NCBI GenBank assembly: GCA_017960645.1
Contig: JAGCYU010000027.1
Coordinates: forward strand, 42,692-106,691
DNA from: Alphaproteobacteria bacterium
Lineage (GTDB): Bacteria > Pseudomonadota > Alphaproteobacteria > CAAHEQ01 > UBA3637
Reading direction: 5' to 3'
Length of the DNA stretch: 64,000 nt
The notes under the pieces are model-generated. The model saw only the letters and a list, made by a program, of their open reading frames with translations, did not search any database and was not told where the DNA came from. Positions 31,987-39,912 of this stretch are shown piece by piece. Each line of letters begins with the position of its first letter. The stretch's first letter is position 1. The position numbers were made by a program, and so were the translations under genes.

Positions 31987-33516
31987 TTAAGCATCCTTTT
32001 CAATCAATGAATGTCCTGTCATTTCTTTGGGTTGAGGCAAATGCAATAACTCTAACAAAGTCGGTGCCACATCTGCCAACCGCCCATCTTTTAATCCCTT
32101 AACGCCTTCACCATTCACCAATACGGCCTTAACTGGCGTCGTTGTATGAGAAGTTTTTGGCGAGCCATCTTCATATGCCATATCTTCTGCATTACCGTGA
32201 TCTGCTGTTATAAACAAGGATCCACCTTTGTCTGTCACAGCCTTAACCAAACGTCCGACACAGGCATCAACAGTTTCCACAGCTTTAATGGCGGCTTCCA
32301 TAATACCTGTGTGCCCAACCATATCTCCGTTTGCATAATTCACGATAATGACGTCAAACCTGTCCGAATTAACAGCCTCTACCAAATTATCCGTTACTTC
32401 TATGGCGGACATTTCTGGCTTCAGGTCATAAGTAGCAACTTTTGGACTTGGTATTAAAATTCTTTCTTCTCCTTCAAACAATGTTTCTTTGCCCCCATTA
32501 AAGAAAAATGTCACATGCGCATACTTTTCTGTTTCTGCAATACGTAATTGCTTAAGCCCTGCACTAGACACCACTTCCCCCAAAATATTGTGTAAATCCT
32601 CCGGCGGAAATAAAATATGCATCCATTGTGTGTGATCTTTGGAATATTCTGTCATCGCCACCGCATCTGAAAATTTCACAACACGAGAACGAGGTACCAA
32701 GTCAAAATCTGGTTGCAATAACATCCGTGTCAATTCTCGCGCTCTATCTGTTCTAAAATTCGTCATAATGAAAGCATCACCATCTTGCATACCTTGGTAA
32801 TCTCCAATAACACAAGGTTTTACAAACTCATCAAATACCTCTGCGGCATAACTAGCTGTCAAGGCTTCATCAGAAGAATTAAAGTGCACGCCTTGAGCAT
32901 TCACAATAGCTTCATAAGCCTGCGTTATGCGTTCCCAACGATTATCCCGATCCATACCATAATAACGTCCGCCAAGCGTTGCAATTTTTACATGAGGCAT
33001 TGGCTTAATAGATTCTTCTAGTTCCGCCACATATTCTTTTCCAGAAGTCACTGGTGTATCACGCCCATCCGTAAAACCATGGATAGCAACATCAATGCCA
33101 TGATCATTCAAAATCTGAACTAAAGCCACCATATGCGTTTGCTTTGCATGAACACCACCAGGCCCCAGCAAACCCATTACATGACATGTTCCCTTGGTTT
33201 CCTTTAGTTTTTCTATCAAATTCAATAATACAGGATTTTTTTCCAATTCATGTTGAGCAATAGCATTATCTATACGCACAAGTTCTTGATAAACAACTCG
33301 TCCTGCGCCCAAATTCATATGTCCCACTTCTGAGTTACCCATTTGACCTTCAGGTAACCCCACATCATTACCAGAGGTTTTGAGCATTGCATGTGGCCAT
33401 TTTTCAATTAATTCATGCCATACAGGTGTTTTGCCCATTTCAATGGCATTATTTTCTTTTTTTGGATTATAACCCCAACCATCTAAAATACATAAAACTA
33501 TAGGTTTCTGAACCAT
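31987..33516 (-). CDS. gpmI: 2,3-bisphosphoglycerate-independent phosphoglycerate mutase
   Basis: 509 aa. iPGM metal-binding motifs (LDGWG, SEVGHMNLGAGR, TADHGN). Confidence 0.93.
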   Translation of the reverse strand: MVQKPIVLCILDGWGYNPKKENNAIEMGKTPVWHELIEKWPHAMLKTSGNDVGLPEGQMGNSEVGHMNLGAGRVVYQELVRIDNAIAQHELEKNPVLLNLIEKLKETKGTCHVMGLLGPGGVHAKQTHMVALVQILNDHGIDVAIHGFTDGRDTPVTSGKEYVAELEESIKPMPHVKIATLGGRYYGMDRDNRWERITQAYEAIVNAQGVHFNSSDEALTASYAAEVFDEFVKPCVIGDYQGMQDGDAFIMTNFRTDRARELTRMLLQPDFDLVPRSRVVKFSDAVAMTEYSKDHTQWMHILFPPEDLHNILGEVVSSAGLKQLRIAETEKYAHVTFFFNGGKETLFEGEERILIPSPKVATYDLKPEMSAIEVTDNLVEAVNSDRFDVIIVNYANGDMVGHTGIMEAAIKAVETVDACVGRLVKAVTDKGGSLFITADHGNAEDMAYEDGSPKTSHTTTPVKAVLVNGEGVKGLKDGRLADVAPTLLELLHLPQPKEMTGHSLIEKDA

Positions 33517-33659
33517 CTTATTTTCCTTTTTTTATTGACTTTCTGGCTTATTATAGTTAAAAAAATGAAAAAAGTGTATCTTTTTTTTAGAAAAGTACGT
33601 GCTTTTTTAAAAAAAATAGGTTATAAAGAAGAAAAGAGTTTTGTTACAAGGAGGTTAAA

Positions 33660-34460
33660 ATGTCTTTTTTAAAAAAATTACTGACCCGAAAACAAAAAGC
33701 CATTACAGAAGATGAATTGCTGTTGGCTTTAAAAAATCACGAGTTTGTTTTTTATTACCAACCCGAGTGGGATTTAAAAACAGGAAAGCCATTAGGCGTT
33801 GAAGCACTTATGCGTTGGGAGAGCCCCACGCGTGGCATTGTTCCCCCTATGGATTTTATCCCGCTGTTGGAACGTGCAAAACTGATTAATAATTTTTCGC
33901 GATTTTTATTTGAACAAACTTTTGCAGATTTAAAAGAAATACACACGGTCAGTCCAGATTTATTTATGGCAGTTAATCTATCTTTATTACAAATCCAAGA
34001 ACCAAACTTCGTTGAAATGGTTAAAAATATTGCCGATGAACATAAAATAGATATGAAATATTTGGAATGCGAAATCACCGAAACACAAGGCTTAACTCAA
34101 GATATTATTGAGTCTGGCGCATTAGATAAGTTAGCTGCTTTAAATGTAACGATTTCTATGGATGATTTTGGTTCAGGGTATTCTTCACTAACTCACTTAC
34201 GTCAATTAAAAATTCAAAAGTTAAAAATAGATTTGGATTTTGTAAAAACACTTATGGAAGACAAAAAAAACCAAACCATCGTAGATGCGATTATTCAACT
34301 TGGCCACGATTTAGGTTTTCCAGTTTTGGCCGAGGGAATTGAAACAACAGAGCAACAAGAGTGGTTAAAAGAGCACGGATGCGACTATGGTCAAGGCTAT
34401 TGGTTTTCCAGAGCGTTGCCTGCAGATCAATTAATTACATTCTTAAAAAATCATCCATAA
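33660..34460 (+). CDS. Stand-alone EAL-domain cyclic-di-GMP phosphodiesterase
   Basis: EALMR, N(LS), ECEITE, DDFGSGYSSL, KIDLDF, EGIET and QGYWF catalytic and metal-binding residues are all present. AAGGAGG RBS. Confidence 0.85.
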   Translation: MSFLKKLLTRKQKAITEDELLLALKNHEFVFYYQPEWDLKTGKPLGVEALMRWESPTRGIVPPMDFIPLLERAKLINNFSRFLFEQTFADLKEIHTVSPDLFMAVNLSLLQIQEPNFVEMVKNIADEHKIDMKYLECEITETQGLTQDIIESGALDKLAALNVTISMDDFGSGYSSLTHLRQLKIQKLKIDLDFVKTLMEDKKNQTIVDAIIQLGHDLGFPVLAEGIETTEQQEWLKEHGCDYGQGYWFSRALPADQLITFLKNHP

Positions 34461-34551
34461 GATGAAAACATTTATTTTTTTTAAAAAAAGTTGTTGCAAA
34501 AAAAATTTTTTCGTCTTATATTGTCAATGTTGAGGTAGAAGGAGTATTACA

Positions 34552-34881
34552 ATGACAAAAGAAATCAATGAAGAAAACATTCGGGTGGCCGCTTATTACA
34601 TTTGGGAACAAGCGGGTCGTCCTGAAGGCAAAGATAAAGAATGCTGGATTCGGGCCTGTGAGCAATTATTTGCGCCTAAGAAAAAGCCTGTAAAAGTTGC
34701 TGTAAAAAAATCTGCAAAGAAACCAGCAAAAAAGTCTGAGCCAATCAAAAAGGTCGTCGTGGCTAAACCAGTTGCTAAGCCGGCTGCGAAAAAGGCAGCA
34801 AAGCCTGCTGTTCCCAAAGCAGCTCCAAAAGCAACAGAGAAGAAGTCAGAGTCAGCACCTTTTTACGGTTCTCGCAAGTGA
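34552..34881 (+). CDS. DUF2934-like N-terminal domain fused to a histone-H1-like Lys/Ala/Pro-rich tail
   Basis: N-terminal IRVAAYYIWEQAGRPEGKDKECWIRACEQL resembles the DUF2934 consensus. The C-terminal 70 aa are KKPAKK/AKPAAKKAAKP repeats. Confidence 0.65.
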   Translation: MTKEINEENIRVAAYYIWEQAGRPEGKDKECWIRACEQLFAPKKKPVKVAVKKSAKKPAKKSEPIKKVVVAKPVAKPAAKKAAKPAVPKAAPKATEKKSESAPFYGSRK

Positions 34882-34960
34882 TCGCGTTTTAATGCGATGG
34901 AAAAGGGATAAAAGAGAGGGGGCTTTTGTTCCTTTTTTGTTTTTCGCTATCATCTAGATT

Positions 34961-35653
34961 TTATAAAATCCCTGCTGCACGGAATGAATATACTTGTTTA
35001 TTTTTGCCAATAATCAAATGTTCTTCCAATCGAATATTCGCCGCATACAAAGCCGTCTTTACTTCTCGTGTTGCCTTAATATCATCCTGTGACGGATGAG
35101 CATCCCCCGATGGGTGGTTATGCATTAAAATAACGGCATGCGCATTCAGCAACAAAGCTCGTTTTAAAATTTCACGAGGGTAAATTGCTACATGTAAATC
35201 TGTTCCGGATTGAATGGCTTCTGCTTTCACAAGACGCAAGCGGGCATCTAAATACAGCACATACAACTTTTCAACTGTTTCATTGACATATTGCATCACG
35301 GCATAATCATGCAATTGTTCCCAACACGCCAAAATAGGTTGTTGTTCAATATTTTGAAAACTCATCCGTTGAGCGACTTGGACAATAATTTGAAAAATCG
35401 TCACGGCGGAATCTTTAATGCCTTTAACCGTTTTTAATTCTTCAGGCGAAGCACACAACACATTTTTAAGCGATCCAAACTGATGGAGCAATTCTTTTGC
35501 TAAGGGCTTAACATCACATCTGGGAATAGCTTTCATTAAAATCAATTCTAATAATTCATAATCCGCGAAAGCATCCGCACCTTTTTCCAAAAACTTTTGT
35601 TGCAATCTTTGGCGATGCCCCGCATTAAAAGGAAGATCTTTTTGTGTTGCCAT
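34961..35653 (-). CDS. radC: RadC-family JAB/MPN-domain protein (UPF0758)
   Basis: HhH N-terminus, JAMM motif HNHPSGDAHPSQDD. Confidence 0.88.
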   Translation of the reverse strand: MATQKDLPFNAGHRQRLQQKFLEKGADAFADYELLELILMKAIPRCDVKPLAKELLHQFGSLKNVLCASPEELKTVKGIKDSAVTIFQIIVQVAQRMSFQNIEQQPILACWEQLHDYAVMQYVNETVEKLYVLYLDARLRLVKAEAIQSGTDLHVAIYPREILKRALLLNAHAVILMHNHPSGDAHPSQDDIKATREVKTALYAANIRLEEHLIIGKNKQVYSFRAAGIL

Positions 35654-35654
35654 C

Positions 35655-36452
35655 CTAGCCCCCTTGATAAGGTGGATAATTCCAACCTTTAGGCGAAAGT
35701 GTTAAAATTTCCACACCTTCTGAGGTTACAGCAACCATATGTTCAAATTGAGCTGACAGCTGTTTATCTTTGGTCACAACCGTCCAACCATCTTTTAAAG
35801 TCATGGTTTCAAAGCTACCCACATTCACCATAGGTTCAATAGTAAATACCATCCCCGGAACCAATTTCACGCCAGCGCCTTTTCGACCAAAATTTAAAAT
35901 ATTCGGCGCGCCATGAAAAATACCTCCACATCCGTGACCACAATAATCCCGCACTACAGAATATCCTGCACTTTCTGCCACAGATTGCATCGCGGCACCC
36001 AAATCCCCAGTTGTCGCACCCGGCTTAACAGCCATAACACCCGCCATCATTGTTTCATATGTTGTTTGAACTAAACGTTTTGCCTTAACGCTTGGATGTC
36101 CTACATAAAACATGCGGGAAGTATCACCATACCACCCATCCAAGACAACCGTTACATCAATATTCACAATATCCCCATTTTGCAAATATTTATCTGGGCT
36201 AGGAATCCCATGACAAATAACATGATTAGGGGAAATGCAAGTCGCTTTCGGATAGCCACAGTATCCTATATCCGCGGATGCACCACCTTTGCTTTGAATA
36301 AATTCATTCATTAAATTATCCAAAGACTCTGTGTCAACACCTACCTTGACAAAAGGCGTGATATGATCCAACACCTCTGCCGCCAATCGTCCTGCGGCAC
36401 GAATGCCAACCATATCCTGTTCAGAATAAATTCTAATTTCTTCCTTATCCAT
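35655..36452 (-). CDS. map: Type I methionine aminopeptidase
   Basis: Pita-bread fold metal ligands (D..D..H..E..E), 265 aa. Confidence 0.92.
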   Translation of the reverse strand: MDKEEIRIYSEQDMVGIRAAGRLAAEVLDHITPFVKVGVDTESLDNLMNEFIQSKGGASADIGYCGYPKATCISPNHVICHGIPSPDKYLQNGDIVNIDVTVVLDGWYGDTSRMFYVGHPSVKAKRLVQTTYETMMAGVMAVKPGATTGDLGAAMQSVAESAGYSVVRDYCGHGCGGIFHGAPNILNFGRKGAGVKLVPGMVFTIEPMVNVGSFETMTLKDGWTVVTKDKQLSAQFEHMVAVTSEGVEILTLSPKGWNYPPYQGG

Positions 36453-36496
36453 ACGATGGATTATACTCTATTTCCCCAAAAAGCACCAGCTTTATT

Positions 36497-37372
36497 TTAC
36501 AAAGCCAATTTTTCGGCGTTTGCACGAATCTGCTTTGACATTTTTTCAAAAGCTTTTGTTTCAATTTGACGCACACGTTCACGACTGATGTGAAATTCCA
36601 AGCCTAAATTTTCCAAGGTTTCAGGTTGCTCGCTTAAAAAACGCTTTTTAACAATCACTTGCTCCCGCTCGGACAAACGAGACAACGCATCCATTAACAA
36701 TTGCTTTTTGACACATAATTCTTGAGCCTCACCCAATCTATCTTCAATTGTATCATCTTCTGCAACCAACATATCTTGATAGTTTGTGGCAGAATCGTGG
36801 GACAAAGTTGTGTTTAAAGACGAATCACCGTTCAAGCGTTGTTCCATTTCAATAACATCTTTTTTGCTAACACCTAATTTTTTGGCAACATAATCGGCCG
36901 TTTCTTCATTTAAGCCTGTTTCCCCATACAACCCCAAACGAGATTTAATTTTATGTAAATTGTAAAACAATCTTTTTTGAGTCGCCACAGTGCCGATTTT
37001 AACCAAGGACCACGACTTTAAAATAAACTCGGATACAGCCGCTTTAATCCACCAAATAGCATAGGTTGCCAACCGAAATCCCTTATCCGGATCAAACTTT
37101 TTAATTGCTTGCATCAAGCCGATATTGGCCTCTGAAATTAAATCAGCCAAGGATAAACCATAATGACGAAAAGAAATTGCCACCTTTGCCGCCAAGCGCA
37201 AATGCGAAGTTGTTAATTCATGAGCCGCGTTTAAATCCCCCGTTTCCCGATAACGCTTAGCCAACATATACTCTTGATCCGCATCCAACATAGGAAATTT
37301 ATTTATTTCCGTTAAATACTTTGGCAACGATGATGGGTGATTCAATAATGATAATGCGTACGTATTCGTCAT
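36497..37372 (-). CDS. rpoH: RNA polymerase sigma-32 (heat-shock sigma factor RpoH)
   Basis: Sigma-70 regions 2-4, RpoH box TQKRLFYNLHKIK, 291 aa. AAAGGA RBS. Confidence 0.9.
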   Translation of the reverse strand: MTNTYALSLLNHPSSLPKYLTEINKFPMLDADQEYMLAKRYRETGDLNAAHELTTSHLRLAAKVAISFRHYGLSLADLISEANIGLMQAIKKFDPDKGFRLATYAIWWIKAAVSEFILKSWSLVKIGTVATQKRLFYNLHKIKSRLGLYGETGLNEETADYVAKKLGVSKKDVIEMEQRLNGDSSLNTTLSHDSATNYQDMLVAEDDTIEDRLGEAQELCVKKQLLMDALSRLSEREQVIVKKRFLSEQPETLENLGLEFHISRERVRQIETKAFEKMSKQIRANAEKLAL

Positions 37373-37456
37373 TTTATATCCTTTCTGTAAAGCAATATAA
37401 GTTTTGTTCCCTCTCCCTGAGACAAGAACACGCCGTCTTTTGGACTAAGCCTTGTT

Positions 37457-37485
37457 ATTGTATCAAAAGGAATGGGTAATGTCAA
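37457..37485 (-). promoter_or_regulatory. Predicted sigma-70 promoter of rpoH (TTGACA-N17-TACAAT)
   Basis: On the minus strand: TTGACA at 37485-37480, 17-nt spacer, TACAAT at 37462-37457. This lies ~85 nt upstream of the rpoH ATG. Confidence 0.5.
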
Positions 37486-37704
37486 GAATATTTTTATATT
37501 TTTTAAGTTAGTTTGGATTCGTATTGGTACAATTGCCTTCGCTATCTTTATAAAAATAAGCCTTTCCCTCTCCAAAACCCATCCAGATAACACCGATTGG
37601 CGCAGGCTTTAACAATATGGTACACTCGTCATCCTTTAAATCCTTTAGGATTTGGTATAACCCCAATCTGTGCCGAATAGCAAGCAAAATATCAGAAAAT
37701 GACT

Positions 37705-38145
37705 TTATTCTTCACAAAGGGCATAAAAGGCGACTGTATTACGAGTAGCGCCCGATCCAGCGCCATAGTCAGCATACACCCGTCCATTTGACAGATCCAC
37801 ATGTAAGGCTTGGTTTGTACTCCATGGCATACCTGTCCATACCCATACATTACCAATATTGTTAGCATTAGCACAAGCCCCTTTTGCACTATTTGGTGCC
37901 ACAGAGATTCCTGGACATAAATGTTCAAAACTAACAAGGTTATGACCTATAGATTTGCAAAAAATCAACGCATTAAACCAATTCGTTTGAACAGGACCTC
38001 TGCAAAAATTTGTGCCATTTTTAGCTGTGATCCACGTACCGCCAACGGATTGACAGCCAGCTTGCGTCCACTCAATGGTTGTTTCTGCCAATGCGGTTTG
38101 TGACAACATTAGGCTTATCCCCAAAATCAAACTATATTTTTTCAT
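37705..38145 (-). CDS. Secreted C-type-lectin-fold (CTLD / Lcl-DUF1566-like) protein
   Basis: Signal peptide MKKYSLILGISLMLSQTALA. Mature domain shows the CTLD pattern W-x2-A-x3-C-x3-G-x2-L-x-S (NWFNALIFCKSIGHNLVSFEHLC), a WxWxG segment and C-terminal FYALCEE, with Cys positions compatible with CTLD disulfides. AAGGAAG RBS. Confidence 0.6.
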   Translation of the reverse strand: MKKYSLILGISLMLSQTALAETTIEWTQAGCQSVGGTWITAKNGTNFCRGPVQTNWFNALIFCKSIGHNLVSFEHLCPGISVAPNSAKGACANANNIGNVWVWTGMPWSTNQALHVDLSNGRVYADYGAGSGATRNTVAFYALCEE

Positions 38146-38161
38146 TCTAACTTCCTTTGGT

Positions 38162-38189
38162 TAAAAAAATTCGCCTTGATGAGAGGCGA
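38162..38189 (-). terminator. Intrinsic terminator/attenuator hairpin immediately upstream of the lectin-like gene RBS
   Basis: On the minus strand: TCGCCT-ctcatca-AGGCGA followed by ATTTTTTTAA, ending 5 nt before the AAGGAAG RBS. Confidence 0.6.
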
Positions 38190-38387
38190 CTGGAAGTTCG
38201 AAACATTAAGTAGAATGTGCAGGTATTGAGTCTACTGACCGTATTTCCTGCCTTCCAGTCAATAGACCAAAAGGCAGTTTTGCGCTTTTACAGCAACTAC
38301 TTAGAGGTTTCGAAACCCCAGCCATGGACATCACCCATAGCCAATTTTATGCTATCTAAAAAGCATTTCAAAGTCAACTTAAAAAAT

Positions 38388-38849
38388 TTAATCCCGATGA
38401 TAGGGGTGGCCGGCCAAAATCGTTTGTGCCCTATATATTTGTTCTGCCAGCACAACTCGCATTAAAAAATGCGGCAAAGTCATTCGCCCAAAAGATAATG
38501 TTAAATCAGCTTTTTCTTGCACATTTTTGCCATGGCCATCAGCGCCACCAATTAAAAAGACAACTGTGTCTGATCCTTTATTTTGCCACATACGTAACTG
38601 GTTTGCAAACTCCCGAGATGACAAAGTGCTTCCATGCTCATCCAAGGCTACTATTTTTGCCTGTTCAGGAACACCGGACAACAACAATTCTCCTTCTGCT
38701 GTCTTTAAAGCATCACCAGCCAACGCTTTTTTCTCTTCATATTCTTTGATATCAACAGTCCATTTGATACGCTTTAAATATGTTTCAATCAATGCATATT
38801 CCGGCGAATTTTTCTTTAACTTTCCAATAGCAGAAATAATAATATGCAT
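38388..38849 (-). CDS. rlmH: 23S rRNA (pseudouridine1915-N3)-methyltransferase RlmH (SPOUT)
   Basis: 153 aa. MHIIISAIGKLKK N-terminus and C-terminal SPOUT knot motifs typical of RlmH. Confidence 0.88.
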   Translation of the reverse strand: MHIIISAIGKLKKNSPEYALIETYLKRIKWTVDIKEYEEKKALAGDALKTAEGELLLSGVPEQAKIVALDEHGSTLSSREFANQLRMWQNKGSDTVVFLIGGADGHGKNVQEKADLTLSFGRMTLPHFLMRVVLAEQIYRAQTILAGHPYHRD

Positions 38850-39268
38850 TACAAACCTTTTTTTTCATATTTATAGGGAAATAAATCAGCGATTTTAACC
38901 AACCGCCAGCCTTTTTTAGAATCATCTGGCATAACCACGCGCGCTTTGGGACCATAATCTGAAATATACTCCCTGCATTTGCCACATGGGGAAATGATAT
39001 AGCTTGGTAAATCCCGCATAGCAACAATCATATCTATTTCAAAATCTTTTTCTGCCGTATGCCCCATCCCGATTGCATTGATTTCTGCACAAGTGGCAAT
39101 TGAGGGTTGATAAGTCCCAATATTCAAAGCTGTATATACTTTGCCGGCTTTACTCAGCACACTTGCCGCCACAACAACGTGGTGCTCTTGCACAGCCCGC
39201 ACATACCTTTTAGACAACAAAGCCGCCGTCTTATCAATTAAATCCTGAGCTGTTATTTTTTGCTTCAT
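38849..39268 (-). CDS. cdd: Cytidine deaminase (homotetrameric type)
   Basis: CAEINAI Zn motif plus PCGKCREYI. 139 aa. Confidence 0.85.
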   Translation of the reverse strand: MKQKITAQDLIDKTAALLSKRYVRAVQEHHVVVAASVLSKAGKVYTALNIGTYQPSIATCAEINAIGMGHTAEKDFEIDMIVAMRDLPSYIISPCGKCREYISDYGPKARVVMPDDSKKGWRLVKIADLFPYKYEKKGL

Positions 39269-39912
39269 TTTTCCGTCTCCTCAACAATTTCCGGAATATT
39301 TTCAATTAACTGATCCAAAGCTTCACGATCAGATTCTGAATACTCTTCAACAATATCGTTAATTTGTTTTATGGATTCTTGTGTTTTTTCCGGCTCATAG
39401 GATTTCAAATCCTTTTGGATGCTGTCCGGCAACAAATGCTCCAATTGTTTTGACATACATTGAATCCACACGACCGAACGATTATTTGCCTTCATTTCTT
39501 TAATTTGATCCTTTGTTAATATAAAAGAACTTGCCAACATATATGCCAACGCCATAATCAGTGCCGCACGCGCAATTCCAAATACAAACCCCAACAGGCG
39601 ATCCAAACCGCTTAACGAACTTTTCCGAAGCTTATGCGTCATTTTAGCATTGAAAATAGTCATGATAATCATCACAATCAACGCGATAATTACTACACCA
39701 CAGATAGTGGCTAATTTTACATTTTGCACGTGCCCTGTTAAAAATTTGTGTAAAGGATCATAGCTGTACAATGCCGCAAAGGCCGCTAAAATCCACGCAG
39801 AAATCCCCAACAATTCACGCATCAAGCCCCGATACAACGCGAACAAAATAGATATAACCAACACAGCTAATACAATAACGTCTATAATCCCAAACATTTT
39901 ATTTCCTTTCAA
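39265..39912 (-). CDS. cvpA: CvpA-family membrane protein (colicin V production protein)
   Basis: MFGIIDVIVLAVLVISILFALYRG N-terminal TM pattern characteristic of CvpA. Four TM helices. Confidence 0.8.
   Translation of the reverse strand: MKGNKMFGIIDVIVLAVLVISILFALYRGLMRELLGISAWILAAFAALYSYDPLHKFLTGHVQNVKLATICGVVIIALIVMIIMTIFNAKMTHKLRKSSLSGLDRLLGFVFGIARAALIMALAYMLASSFILTKDQIKEMKANNRSVVWIQCMSKQLEHLLPDSIQKDLKSYEPEKTQESIKQINDIVEEYSESDREALDQLIENIPEIVEETEK

Noticed and set aside
37369-37593. 74-aa ORF immediately upstream of rpoH on the same strand.
   Set aside because: It spans the predicted rpoH promoter and 5'UTR, has no RBS, and its sequence is hydrophobic and low-complexity. Treated as non-coding.
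38171-38196. A TGATGAG ... GAAAC string resembling the hammerhead ribozyme core.
   Set aside because: TGATGAG forms the loop of the TCGCCT/AGGCGA terminator hairpin. Stems I, II and III cannot be formed, and the first base is T rather than C.
38188-38260. The 73-nt segment closed by a perfect 9-bp helix looked tRNA-sized.
   Set aside because: No D-arm, anticodon-arm or T-arm arrangement can be drawn on either strand. There is no GTTCGAATC T-loop and no CCA-compatible 3' end. It is reported as part of a leader structure instead.
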